DNA of 48,892 nucleotides from Planctomycetaceae bacterium (GCA_013360495.1 JABWBM010000001.1:1-48892); one strand, 5' to 3'. Shown: positions 33,076 through 41,898, numbered from the stretch's first letter. Notes: generated from the sequence alone by a model not told the origin. Translations and numbers: made by a program.

Positions 33076-34380
33076 ATGGCGACATCGGTAGGCGAGCGGA
33101 CGATGGTGCTGCAGCGTGAGCGCACACCTTTCGAGAACGTAAACATGCAATTCGACCTGTCGGCGGATCGTCTTCAGCTTGACCAGAACTACCGCGACTT
33201 CCTCAAGCGCCCGGTGCGCGAGCTTCTCGTCAACGTCACCATCAAGGACCGCAATGGCTGCCTGCGCTCTTTCGAGGGCTACCGTATCCAGCACAACAAT
33301 GCCCGCGGCCCGTACAAAGGCGGCCTGCGCTACCACCCGGAAGTCAACCTTGAGGAAGTGCGCGCGCTCGCCTCGCTCATGACCTGGAAGTGCGCCGTCG
33401 TCAACATCCCCTTCGGCGGCGGCAAGGGCGGCATCAGCATCGACCCATCGACGCTCAATGAATACGAAATTCAAGAGGTGACGCGCTCGTTCACGCGCGC
33501 TATCTCGCAATTCATCGGTCCGCAAACGGACATCCCCGCCCCCGACGTCAACACCAACGCCAAAGTGATGGGGTACCTGCTCGACGAGTACCAGCGTCTC
33601 CATGGGTTCACACCCGCCGTCGTCACCGGCAAGCCTCTCGCGCTTGGCGGTTCGCTCGGACGCAACGAGGCCACCGGGCGTGGCGTGATGTTCGCGACGC
33701 GTGAGATGTTGAAGGCGAACGGCGACCGCATCGAAGGCAAGAGCGTCGTGATTCAGGGTTTTGGCAATGTCGGCAGCCACACCGCGAAGTACGCCCACGA
33801 AATGGGCGCCAAGGTGATCGGTGTCTCCGACGCATTTGCCGCCTTCTATGACCCGAAAGGGCTCGATGTCAACAAGCTCTGGGAATGCCAGCTCAGGGAC
33901 GGCTCCATCAAGAACTTCGACGCGCAACAAGCCAAGATCTCGCGCGACGAGATTCTGTTCACCGAATGCGACGTGCTCATTCCGGCGGCGCTCGGCGAAG
34001 TAATCACGCGCGGCAACGCCAACGGCGTCAAGGCCCGATGGGTGATCGAGGCCGCCAACCACCCTCTCACGCCCGAGGCTGACCTGATCCTGACTGACAA
34101 GGGCGTACACGTTTTGCCCGACATCATCACCAACGCCGGCGGCGTATACGTCAGCTATCTCGAATGGGTGCAGAACCAGAACAACTTCTATTGGAAGGAA
34201 GAAGAAGTGAACGAGCGCCTCAACGACTCGATGACGTCCGCGTTCCGCAATGTTCACGAGGTGATGGTCAACGAGAACACCAATAACCCGGGCCAGAAAT
34301 TCCCATGCACGTATCGCCGCGCCGCGTACATGGTGGCGATCAAGCGGGTGTACGAAGCGACCAAGTTGCGCGGGCTCTAA
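33076..34380 (+). CDS. gdhA: Glutamate dehydrogenase (Glu/Leu/Phe/Val dehydrogenase family)
   Basis: It carries PFGGGKGGI around the catalytic Lys and the dinucleotide fold VVIQGFGNVGSHTAK. AGGAGA lies upstream of the ATG. The 434 aa length fits. Confidence 0.9.
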   Translation: MATSVGERTMVLQRERTPFENVNMQFDLSADRLQLDQNYRDFLKRPVRELLVNVTIKDRNGCLRSFEGYRIQHNNARGPYKGGLRYHPEVNLEEVRALASLMTWKCAVVNIPFGGGKGGISIDPSTLNEYEIQEVTRSFTRAISQFIGPQTDIPAPDVNTNAKVMGYLLDEYQRLHGFTPAVVTGKPLALGGSLGRNEATGRGVMFATREMLKANGDRIEGKSVVIQGFGNVGSHTAKYAHEMGAKVIGVSDAFAAFYDPKGLDVNKLWECQLRDGSIKNFDAQQAKISRDEILFTECDVLIPAALGEVITRGNANGVKARWVIEAANHPLTPEADLILTDKGVHVLPDIITNAGGVYVSYLEWVQNQNNFYWKEEEVNERLNDSMTSAFRNVHEVMVNENTNNPGQKFPCTYRRAAYMVAIKRVYEATKLRGL

Positions 34381-34404
34381 CGCGCTGACGCCGGCTTCAG
34401 TGCG

Positions 34405-34413
34405 TGCTATACT
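34405..34413 (+). promoter_or_regulatory. Extended -10-like box TGCTATACT 6 nt upstream of the msrA ATG (leaderless candidate)
   Basis: Read directly. The 9-mer is identical to the one before lspA, and there is no SD. Confidence 0.35.
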
Positions 34414-34419
34414 CTACCC

Positions 34420-35058
34420 ATGCGACTCTCATTCACGACGTTCGTGGTCTACGCGATACTGGCGTTGAGCGCGTGTACGAGCAGACCGGACGGCGGGCGT
34501 ACCGATTCCCCAGAGACGAACACCATGACGAACGATCAAATATCAGGCAAAGCGACAGAGAGCGGCGCCACGCGCGAAACCGCGATTCTCGCCGGCGGAT
34601 GTTTCTGGGGGATGGAGGACATTCTTCGCAAGATCCCCGGCGTGCTCGAAACCGACGTCGGGTACTGTGGCGGAAAGAGCGCGGCGCCGACGTATAACGA
34701 TGTCAAGACCGGAACCACAGGACACGCCGAGGCCGTTCGGGTGGTCTTTGACCCCGGCAAGCTCTCATATCAAGATTTGCTCGAGAATTGGTTCTTTCGC
34801 ATGCACGACCCAACGACCGCCAACCGCCAGGGCAATGACACCGGCACGCAATACCGTTCGGCCATCTTTTTCACATCCCCTGAGCAACGCGTGGCTGCCG
34901 AAGCGGTCAAAGCTCGCGTGAACGCATCCGGAAAGTGGCCAAAGCCGGTCGTCACAGAGATCACGGAAGCAGGAACCTTTACCCTCGCCGAGGGATACCA
35001 CCAAGACTATCTGGTGAAAAATCCCGGCGGCTATTCCTGCCACTTTCTTCGGGACTGA
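34420..35058 (+). CDS. msrA: Peptide methionine (S)-sulfoxide reductase MsrA, lipoprotein form
   Basis: It has the lipobox ILALSAC and the active site AILAGGCFWGMEDI, followed by GYCGG and YHQDYL. Confidence 0.9.
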   Translation: MRLSFTTFVVYAILALSACTSRPDGGRTDSPETNTMTNDQISGKATESGATRETAILAGGCFWGMEDILRKIPGVLETDVGYCGGKSAAPTYNDVKTGTTGHAEAVRVVFDPGKLSYQDLLENWFFRMHDPTTANRQGNDTGTQYRSAIFFTSPEQRVAAEAVKARVNASGKWPKPVVTEITEAGTFTLAEGYHQDYLVKNPGGYSCHFLRD

Positions 35059-35103
35059 AACTGGCGCGAACGCTTCTCAGAACGGCTTGCAGATCGAGTT
35101 CCC

Positions 35104-35181
35104 GTAGCGCCATGCGCCCTCGGATGGCTTCTTATATTATGGTATTATGGACGTCCGTCACGTGAGGGCGCGTGACGCTAC
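35104..35181. repeat. Family-2 nested-palindrome repeat
   Basis: The sequence reads GTAGCG-CCATGCGCCCTCGGATGG-spacer-GTCACGTGAGGGCGCGTGAC-GCTAC. It is nearly identical in its arms to the 3755 copy but has a different spacer. Confidence 0.85.
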
Positions 35182-35305
35182 ACGCCAGCGATCCAGACTA
35201 CCACGTGTCATTTTGTAAGATTCGTCTTTCTTTCGTTGAAACCGCCGGGTATACTTCCTCCAGTCCGAAATTCGTCGTAGCATGCGGTCTCACGGAGGAG
35301 GAACC

Positions 35306-36625
35306 ATGCCTGTTCAAGCAGTCGGTCAGTCCGCCTTAGCCGCGCAGCTTCTCGGCGTGCTCACCAAGACCAACAACTCCTTCGCGACGTCGGCGCAGGA
35401 AGTGTCGAGCGGGGAAAAATCCATCGGCAATATCAGCATCGGCAACCTCTTCGCCGGGTTAAAGGCGCTCTCCGACCTCGGCGGGTTTCAGGCGCAGAGC
35501 AGCGGTCTTCAGATTAGCCAAAGTTCCGCCGCATTCGCCCAAAGCAATCTCTCGCTCGCCAACGACACGGTCAATAACATTCAGTCGCTGACCGCCCAGC
35601 TCAACAGCGGTTTCGGCGACGACGCGACCAACGCAGCGATCTCAAGCGCCATCAGCGCCGAAGTGCAATCGCTTGGCGGCTTGCTCGGCCCGAACCTCAC
35701 CCCCTTCGGCGGTGGTGGCGAAATCCAGCTGACCGACGATTCCGCCGACATCCTCACCGGCGAAGTTGTCACGCAGATCAACGGCGCGTCGTCGGAGAAC
35801 TTCGACGTCGACGTGACGATCAACTCCGTTGGTGCCGCCGCGACTACGACGCTCACAACGCCAGGCACGGCCAACTCTTTTACGCTCAATGGCGTGACCA
35901 TCAACTATGACGGAAGCGGTGACGCCGCTCTCGCTGCAGCGATCAACGCCACCACCGAACAGACAGGTGTAACAGCCACTGCCGGCGCGGGGTCCGTGAC
36001 ACTTGACCAGGAAACCGCAGGCACCGCGAACACCATCAGCATCCAAGACGTTCAAGGCGGCCAATTCGGCGCCGGCGAAACCGGCATCTTCGCCGGAACC
36101 GACGCCAGTGTCACCGTCAACAGCGTGACCGTCACCGGCAACGGCAACGATATTTCTTTCACAAACGCGGGCGGTGTCACCGGATCGTTCACCATTGACG
36201 ATACTGTCGCCGCAGCCGGCGATACCACGACGTTCACCACTCAGGGCGGCGGCACGCAGCTTTATACGGGGAGCGGCACCGTTACCGTCGCAAGCCCAGG
36301 CTTGAGCAGCCTGCAAAACTTCGCCAACGACCCCGCCTCGTTCACGTTTGACGAGGCGAGCACGATTATTGGCGGCTTTCAGGACTCGCTCCTCGCCACG
36401 CAGTCGCAGATCGCCGGCATCCAAGGCACACAGAATTCCGCGCAGAACCAATTCCAGACGCAGATCAGTTCTCTGAGCGTCGCGAGCAACGATCTCCTCG
36501 GCGCGGACTTCGCCTCCGGCGTGACGTCGCTGTTGAGTTCGGTGAACCAGCAGCAGCTCCAACTCGCGCTGATCGCCAAGAATAACGCGCTGGGCGGCGG
36601 CCTGCTGAAACTGCTCAAACCCTAG
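35306..36625 (+). CDS. Highly divergent flagellin / hook-associated (FlgL)-like protein, orphan
   Basis: GGAGGAGG lies 4 nt before ATG 35306. The N-terminus (..VSSGEKS..GFQAQSSGLQISQSSAAFAQSNL..NNIQSLTAQ) and C-terminus (LLGADFASGVTSLLSSVNQQQLQLALIAKNNALGGGLLKLL) parallel the flagellin N and C helices. The central FTLNGVTINYDGSGDAALAAAINATTEQTGV resembles the flagellin hook IN motif. Confidence 0.6.
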   Translation: MPVQAVGQSALAAQLLGVLTKTNNSFATSAQEVSSGEKSIGNISIGNLFAGLKALSDLGGFQAQSSGLQISQSSAAFAQSNLSLANDTVNNIQSLTAQLNSGFGDDATNAAISSAISAEVQSLGGLLGPNLTPFGGGGEIQLTDDSADILTGEVVTQINGASSENFDVDVTINSVGAAATTTLTTPGTANSFTLNGVTINYDGSGDAALAAAINATTEQTGVTATAGAGSVTLDQETAGTANTISIQDVQGGQFGAGETGIFAGTDASVTVNSVTVTGNGNDISFTNAGGVTGSFTIDDTVAAAGDTTTFTTQGGGTQLYTGSGTVTVASPGLSSLQNFANDPASFTFDEASTIIGGFQDSLLATQSQIAGIQGTQNSAQNQFQTQISSLSVASNDLLGADFASGVTSLLSSVNQQQLQLALIAKNNALGGGLLKLLKP

Positions 36626-36636
36626 CGGCACCTTCT

Positions 36637-36707
36637 CGTCATTCCGGCGAAAGCCGGAATCCAGGTTTTCCGCTGGTCTCTGGACACCGGCTGCGCTCGG
36701 CGTAACG
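36637..36707. repeat. Family-1 repeat, intact left hairpin and degenerate right arm
   Basis: CGTCATTCCGGC-GAAA-GCCGGAATCCAG spans 36637-36664. The partner CTGGACACCGGCTGCGCTCGGCGTAACG is degenerate. Confidence 0.65.
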
Positions 36708-36788
36708 CTCCACCAAACTTTAGAACAACCCTGACAACACGTTCTTACCGCTTTACAACTGACAGGCGCGCGGCGAGCATGGGCCGCG

Positions 36789-38033
36789 ATGAATCCAGAG
36801 AAAAAGGAAATGTCCTTCGGCGACCACCTCGACGCATTGCGCCGGGTGGTGCTGCTTTCCGTCATCCCCTTCGTCGTGCTGATCTTCGCGCTCTGGCCCT
36901 TCTGGGAGGATGTGCACAAGGTCGTGGTCGATACGCTACTCACTGAATATGGCCGCAGCAAGCTCGCGCGCCTCACCGCCATGGACACCTTCTCGCTCAG
37001 CATCAAGATCAGCTTTTATCTCTCGACGCTGATCTGCATGCCTTGGATCGTGTTCCAGCTCTGGATGTTCATCCGGCCGGCCCTCTACCCCCACGAGCGG
37101 CGCTTCGGCTTCGTGGCCATACCGCTCGCAATCCTGCTCTTTCTCGGCGGCATGGCCTTCGGCCTCTTCGTCATGCTGCCGACGGCGCTGGACTTTCTGC
37201 TCTCGTTCGGCAGTACGGTCGTTCCCAACGACTTCATCGGCATTGAGTACTTCTATAGTCTTGTCTTCGCCATGATGCTGATTCTCGGCTTGACCTTTCA
37301 GTTGCCGCTGATTGTGTCGACCGCCGTCAGGTTTCGAATCATCCAGCGCGAGCACATCGCGAAACACCGGCGCATCATCATCTTCGTCTCCGCCGTGCTC
37401 GGCGCGCTCCTTACACCCACAGGCGATCCGATCTCCATGGGGTTGGTGGCAGTACCCATCTATCTGCTAATAGAAGGTGGAGCGGTGCTCGGCACGATCT
37501 GGAAACGTTTCGCCGACCAGCGCGCATCGCACGATCCGAAGACCATCGCCGAGGGATTCGCCGAGGGTTTGGGTACAGCAGGCCAGGACAAAGACAACAA
37601 TAGCAAGGGTAGCGGCGGCTTCGCCGAAAGTTTCGCGTCATCCGTTTCGGGCCTTGCCAAAAGCTTTGGCCGCAACATCGAGGAAGGCGCTGCCGAGTTC
37701 CGCCGCGCGGCCGATGAGGATGCCACGCAAGGCACGGTAACGGCCGATGATGAAGCGTTGCCTCGCTATCAAGCTCCGGTAGCGGAACCACGCCCGGCTC
37801 CGCTCGTATCGCCGGTGACGCCGCGGCCTCCCGTCGGGCAACCATCCGCACCAACCAAGCCACAAGCGCCGGCGACACCGGAGACATCCCCCGAACGCCC
37901 GGTTCCGCAGCTTCCGAGAGAGCTTCGTCGTCGCATTGACGCTTATATCCGCGAGCGGCTTGACCAATTGCTCGACGAAATCGGCAAGGAACAGAAGAAG
38001 GACAATGATGGCAAAGAAGAAGATCGACGCTAA
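36789..38033 (+). CDS. tatC: Twin-arginine translocase subunit TatC with ~170-aa low-complexity C-terminal extension
   Basis: It carries MSFGDHLDALRR, FIRPALYPHERRF and LLTPTGDPISMGLVAVPIYLLIE, a six-TM TatC core that ends near residue 240. The remainder is Gly/Ala/Pro/charged. An alternative start is ATG 36810. Confidence 0.85.
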   Translation: MNPEKKEMSFGDHLDALRRVVLLSVIPFVVLIFALWPFWEDVHKVVVDTLLTEYGRSKLARLTAMDTFSLSIKISFYLSTLICMPWIVFQLWMFIRPALYPHERRFGFVAIPLAILLFLGGMAFGLFVMLPTALDFLLSFGSTVVPNDFIGIEYFYSLVFAMMLILGLTFQLPLIVSTAVRFRIIQREHIAKHRRIIIFVSAVLGALLTPTGDPISMGLVAVPIYLLIEGGAVLGTIWKRFADQRASHDPKTIAEGFAEGLGTAGQDKDNNSKGSGGFAESFASSVSGLAKSFGRNIEEGAAEFRRAADEDATQGTVTADDEALPRYQAPVAEPRPAPLVSPVTPRPPVGQPSAPTKPQAPATPETSPERPVPQLPRELRRRIDAYIRERLDQLLDEIGKEQKKDNDGKEEDRR

Positions 38034-38058
38034 CTCAGTGCAGACGAAGCCGAGCACT

Positions 38059-38131
38059 CGTCATGCCCGCGAAGGCGGGCATCCAGATTCATCCAAGAAA
38101 AAACTGGATTCCCGCCTGCGCGGGAATGACG
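38059..38131. repeat. Family-1 nested-palindrome repeat
   Basis: CGTCATGCCCGC-GAAG-GCGGGCATCCAG is followed by a 15-nt spacer and CTGGATTCCCGC-CTGC-GCGGGAATGACG. Confidence 0.9.
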
Positions 38132-38181
38132 CCCGGTCGCGCACCACGCCTTCTCGTGCCACCAGCGAGGATTTCGCGTGC

Positions 38182-38670
38182 GTGAAACTCCTGATCCTCG
38201 ACGTGGACGGCGTCCTTACCGATGGCGGCGTCTACTATGGGGCCGACGGCGAGGAAATGAAGCGCTTTCATATCCCCGACGGCATGGGCATCGTGATGCT
38301 TGAGAAAGCGGGCATCCCGGTTGCCGTGATGACGACCGAGAACTCGCCGCGCGTAGCATCCCGCGTGAAGCAGCTCGGCCTGCGCTACTATTATCCGGGT
38401 GTGAGCCGCAAAGGCGCGCACCTTACCTTCATCTTGAAGGCAACGGGCGTGAAGGCGGAGAATGTCGCCTACTGCGCCGACGACATCAACGACGTAAGCG
38501 CGCTCAGGCAGATTGGCTTGCCTATTGCTGTGGCCAACGCCATGCCGGAGGTGGTGGCGGTCGCCCGCTATCAAACAAAAGCCAGCGGCGGCCACGGCGC
38601 AGTGCGCGAGGTCTGCAATCTGATCCTGAAGGCCAAGGGCGAGGACATGGTCAATCTGTGGGAGCGGTAG
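38182..38670 (+). CDS. kdsC: KDO 8-phosphate phosphatase (HAD family, KdsC)
   Basis: It carries LLILDVDGVLTDGGVYY, the HAD motif I in KdsC style, plus ...GVSRKG... and CADDINDVSAL. I chose GTG 38182 because the track start 37936 overlaps tatC and reads through the repeat. Confidence 0.8.
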   Translation: MKLLILDVDGVLTDGGVYYGADGEEMKRFHIPDGMGIVMLEKAGIPVAVMTTENSPRVASRVKQLGLRYYYPGVSRKGAHLTFILKATGVKAENVAYCADDINDVSALRQIGLPIAVANAMPEVVAVARYQTKASGGHGAVREVCNLILKAKGEDMVNLWER

Positions 38671-39649
38671 GTTCGGGCTCCGGTGTAAGAGTTGGCGCGG
38701 ATTCTGGTGTGGCAACCGGCGCGGGCGGATTCAGGTTTCCAGGCTCGTGTTTCGGTGAGTCCTGAGGGCCAAAGAGCGCTTTGTGAAGCGACTCTTTCAA
38801 CCTTCCATACTCGGGCGTCTTATCCACATCGGGGCCGATGCGTTTAAAATAGTCCCGCGCGAGTTCGATGTCTTGGGATTGTCCAGAGTCCAAAAATGTC
38901 CACTCGCCGTTCTTCAACCGGTGATCAACAGCTTCTCCCGATTTGATCATCCAATAGGCCCCGCGATGCACAGGCGTAAGAACGTATATCGATAGGCCGA
39001 TAACCAACGCGAATACGATGCCTGCGCCAATTTTCTCGCCAAGAAGTATGGTTTTTGCATGTTTGCGTTCGAGCAGATATCCAAGCAGTAAACCGACGAT
39101 CAGTCCGCCGATATGTCCGGCAACAGAAACATTTGGACGAAAACTCGTTACAACGAGGTAGACCAAGATGACGATCAAGCGGCTTCCTGCAACTGAGTTC
39201 CACATACCGCTCAGACTGCCAAATCGGCCATAGGCATATCCAACAAGCACCCCAAAAAGACCATAGATCGCACCGGAGGCTCCAACGGTTGCGATCGCTA
39301 CCTCTCCGGTCATGACGATGGCGACGCTTCCCCCCAACGCCGACAGGACATAAAGGAATGCGAGGGCCGGTTTCCCGATCATGGGCTCAAGAATGCTCCC
39401 GAAAACCCAAAGCCCCAAGCAGTTCATGGCAAGATGAAGAGGATCACCGTGCACGAGCGTTACCGTCAAGAGTTGCCAGTACCAGCCACGCCAAAGGTCT
39501 GCCGGCGCTAACTTGAAATACTCGGTGATGACTTGGCGTTCGTCCATGAATTGCGCCGCCGTCACCGCCACCGTCGTCCACAGGATGATCAGCGTCAACT
39601 GATTCGTGCGCGGCGTCTTGGTACGGTCGTAACGGTAGTACTGGTTCAT
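38651..39649 (-). CDS. Rhomboid-family intramembrane serine protease with C-terminal soluble extension
   Basis: It carries LVHGDPLHLAMNCLGLWVFG, GASGAIYGLFG (the GxSG catalytic Ser) and GHIGGLIVGLLLG (the catalytic His). Its start overlaps the aroC stop (ATGA), and its 3' end overlaps kdsC by 20 nt. Confidence 0.85.
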   Translation of the reverse strand: MNQYYRYDRTKTPRTNQLTLIILWTTVAVTAAQFMDERQVITEYFKLAPADLWRGWYWQLLTVTLVHGDPLHLAMNCLGLWVFGSILEPMIGKPALAFLYVLSALGGSVAIVMTGEVAIATVGASGAIYGLFGVLVGYAYGRFGSLSGMWNSVAGSRLIVILVYLVVTSFRPNVSVAGHIGGLIVGLLLGYLLERKHAKTILLGEKIGAGIVFALVIGLSIYVLTPVHRGAYWMIKSGEAVDHRLKNGEWTFLDSGQSQDIELARDYFKRIGPDVDKTPEYGRLKESLHKALFGPQDSPKHEPGNLNPPAPVATPESAPTLTPEPEPTAPTD

Positions 39650-40815
39650 GGCTTGGGAGGATACGAACCGAGCGTCTTCAGGTACGCGTCAAAATTGCGG
39701 CGGGTTTCATCCAGCGAATCGCTGCCGAACTTTTCGAGCATGGTACCCGCGAGCACTACTGCGATCGCGTTCTCGATCACTACGCTCGCGGCAGGCACGG
39801 CGCACACATCGCTGCGCTCGGTGGACGCCTTCGCCGCCTTTCCGGTTTCGATATCCACCGTGTCGAGGGGCTCCATCAGCGTCGAGATCGGTTTCATCGT
39901 CGCGCGTACGATGAGAGTTTCACCGTTGGTCATGCCAGCTTCCAAGCCGCCCGCGTTGTTGCGCGCGCGCCGGTAGGGCGAAGGATTGTTGGGGTTGTCG
40001 GCGCGGTTGCTATCCGTCACCACGGGATCGTGAACCTCGCTGCCCTTGCGCGCGCCCGCCTCCCGCCCAAGACCGATCTCCACGGCCTTGATTGCCTGCA
40101 CCGACATGCACGCCTGAGCGAGCTGCCCGTCGAGCTTGCGGTCCCATTGCGTGTGGTTGCCGATGCCCGGCGGAAGGCCGAGCGCAAGCGCCTCCACCAA
40201 ACCACCCAACGTATCGCCCGCGGCTTTGGCGGCTTCCACGGCCGCTTTCATCGCGTCGTCGCGGCTGTTATCCACGGTGTAGAAAGGCGAGGCGTCGCGC
40301 CTTTTCGTCGAGGCGTCAAGATTGGCGAGCGTGGTATCGATTGCGGCTACTTCAATTCCGCCCAGCGCCCGCACATGGCCGAAGACGCGAATTCCGAACT
40401 GCCGCAGGAATGTCGAACACATCGCGCCTACCATCACCCGTGCCGTCGTCTCGCGTGCGCTCGCGCGCTCTAAAACGTCGCGGGCGTCATGCAGCCCGTA
40501 CTTCAGGCAGCCCGCGAGGTCGGCATGACCCGGACGAACCTTCGTGACCTTCGGCGCTTTCTCAAGCCGCTCGTCCTTGTTGTGAACAACCATCGTCAGC
40601 GGCGAGCCAAGAGTTTTTCCGCCGCGCACGCCTGAGAGAAATTCAACGGTGTCAGTCTCGATGCGCATGCGCCCGCCGCGCCCGTAGCCGCCCTGACGGC
40701 GCTTAAGCTCGGCATTGATGAACGCTTCATCGACGGGGAGGCCGTGGGGAAGTCCCTCGAGGACCGCGACGACGGCGGGCCCGTGTGATTCTCCGGCTGT
40801 GACGAAACGCAACAT
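39646..40815 (-). CDS. aroC: Chorismate synthase
   Basis: It carries MLRFVTAGESHGP and RPGHADL, among others. AGGGA lies upstream of ATG 40815, and the track start 40851 lies in the adjacent repeat. Confidence 0.92.
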   Translation of the reverse strand: MLRFVTAGESHGPAVVAVLEGLPHGLPVDEAFINAELKRRQGGYGRGGRMRIETDTVEFLSGVRGGKTLGSPLTMVVHNKDERLEKAPKVTKVRPGHADLAGCLKYGLHDARDVLERASARETTARVMVGAMCSTFLRQFGIRVFGHVRALGGIEVAAIDTTLANLDASTKRRDASPFYTVDNSRDDAMKAAVEAAKAAGDTLGGLVEALALGLPPGIGNHTQWDRKLDGQLAQACMSVQAIKAVEIGLGREAGARKGSEVHDPVVTDSNRADNPNNPSPYRRARNNAGGLEAGMTNGETLIVRATMKPISTLMEPLDTVDIETGKAAKASTERSDVCAVPAASVVIENAIAVVLAGTMLEKFGSDSLDETRRNFDAYLKTLGSYPPKP

Positions 40816-40845
40816 GGGCGTCCCTAATCTCGCATTGTCGCCATG

Positions 40846-40926
40846 CGTCATTCCCGCGCAGGCGGGAATCCAGTCCCCACAATAACTTTTGGTTGGCTCT
40901 GGATCCCCGCCTTCGCGGGGATGACC
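40846..40926. repeat. Family-1 nested-palindrome repeat
   Basis: CGTCATTCCCGC-GCAG-GCGGGAATCCAG is followed by a 25-nt spacer and CTGGATCCCCGC-CTTC-GCGGGGATGACC. Confidence 0.9.
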
Positions 40927-40956
40927 TCGCGTGGCGACGACTTCTCAATGTGCAGC

Positions 40957-41790
40957 TTACTTCAACGCCAGCACCACCGCCACCGCTGGCGCCGCCAGCA
41001 TGAAATTATCGATCAGGTCTAGCATCCCGCCGAACTCCGGCAGCAGATGGCTCGAGTCCTTCACATCCGCCCCGCGCTTGATGGCGCTCGCCACGAGATC
41101 ACCGTGGGCTGAAACGAACCCGAGGCCGAGGCTCAACAGCAGGAACGAATCCCACGTCATGAACGAGTCGAGCAGCGGGAGCGTGAGCCAGCACACGAAG
41201 CCCGCAAGCACGCTCGCGGCCAGACCGCCGCCAAGCCCCTCCACGGTCTTGTTTGGGGAGACGTGCGGGATGAGTTTGATGCGTCCGAAGAATTTCCCGG
41301 TGAAGTACGCGCCCGTATCGCCGAGCTTGCAGATGGCGATCAACGCGTACACCAGCGACTCGCCATAGGTCGGCATATGCCGGATCGCCACCAGAATCGC
41401 GATCGGCACGAATACATAGACGAAAACGCCGAGCGTGCCGATGAATTCGGGAAGAAAAGGCCTCACATCCTTGTTCCATACGTTGGAGATTCCGGTCAGC
41501 ACGATCAGTGTCGCGACACCGAGCGCGACGGCCACCAACCCGGCCGCGATGCTGTGCCGCCCGGAGAGGCTTATATATCCGAGGAGCGCGAAGCCCGTGA
41601 GCAGCAACGCCGGCATATCCACATCGAGCCCGCGGGCGCGCACCATCCGCGCCATCTCCCACGAGCAGAACCCCGCCATGATCACGGCGAGGCCCGTGAA
41701 CACGAAGGGGTGGCCGCTTTGGTGATCGACCCAGAACAAGGCGACCAGCGCGGCAATCAAAACAGGCCCAAGGATGAGACGCGTTGTCAT
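40957..41790 (-). CDS. CDP-diglyceride synthase (CTP_transf_1) family membrane protein with a degenerate signature
   Basis: It is polytopic. The C-terminal SAIKRGADVKDSSHLLPEFGGMLDLIDN aligns with the CdsA signature S-x-x-KR-x4-KD-x5-PGHGG-x-x-DR-x-D, but reads PEFGG and DLID. I prefer ATG 41790, because the track N-terminus DSRFRGNDG is repeat-encoded. Confidence 0.6.
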   Translation of the reverse strand: MTTRLILGPVLIAALVALFWVDHQSGHPFVFTGLAVIMAGFCSWEMARMVRARGLDVDMPALLLTGFALLGYISLSGRHSIAAGLVAVALGVATLIVLTGISNVWNKDVRPFLPEFIGTLGVFVYVFVPIAILVAIRHMPTYGESLVYALIAICKLGDTGAYFTGKFFGRIKLIPHVSPNKTVEGLGGGLAASVLAGFVCWLTLPLLDSFMTWDSFLLLSLGLGFVSAHGDLVASAIKRGADVKDSSHLLPEFGGMLDLIDNFMLAAPAVAVVLALK

Positions 41791-41819
41791 GGTATGACCG
41801 CCGGAAAGCTTTTCTCGAC

Positions 41820-41898
41820 CGTCATTCCCGCGAAAGCGGGAATCCATCTTCGCCTTATCAAGTTATAAGACTGGATCCCCGCCTCCGCGGGGATGACG
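41820..41898. repeat. Family-1 nested-palindrome repeat
   Basis: CGTCATTCCCGC-GAAA-GCGGGAATCCAT is followed by a spacer ending ATAAGA and then CTGGATCCCCGC-CTCC-GCGGGGATGACG. Confidence 0.9.

Noticed and set aside
33043-34257. A 404-aa ORF antisense to gdhA, plus similar long antisense ORFs at 35642-37006, 42736-43977, 27376-28806, 9407-10612, 13983-15125, 10993-12015, 2870-3874, 16140-17075, 21089-21841, 8342-9214 and 44515-45276.
   Set aside because: These are shadow ORFs typical of GC-rich DNA. Their translations are Arg/Gly/Ala/His-rich with no motifs, and they lack an SD. Each lies opposite a gene with clear family signatures. Several also run across intergenic repeats.
35255-35303. TTCCTCC (35255-35261) is complementary to GGAGGAA within the SD of the flagellin-like gene (35297-35303), considered as an anti-SD sequestering hairpin or a CsrA-type control element.
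   Set aside because: There are only 7 bp of pairing with a 35-nt loop. The anti-SD overlaps a TATACT -10-like hexamer (35250-35255), so it may not be transcribed at all. This cannot be decided without TSS data.
37936-38181. The N-terminal 82 codons of the track ORF 37936-38670 (kdsC). Analogous extensions occur at 25027-25290 (hemC), 40816-40851 (aroC), 41791-41847 (cdsA-like), 41893-42063 (copA), 6775-6903 (lemA) and 28969-29058 (IPT protein).
   Set aside because: The extensions overlap the upstream gene or read through repeat elements, and the family-conserved N-termini start at the internal start codons that I used.
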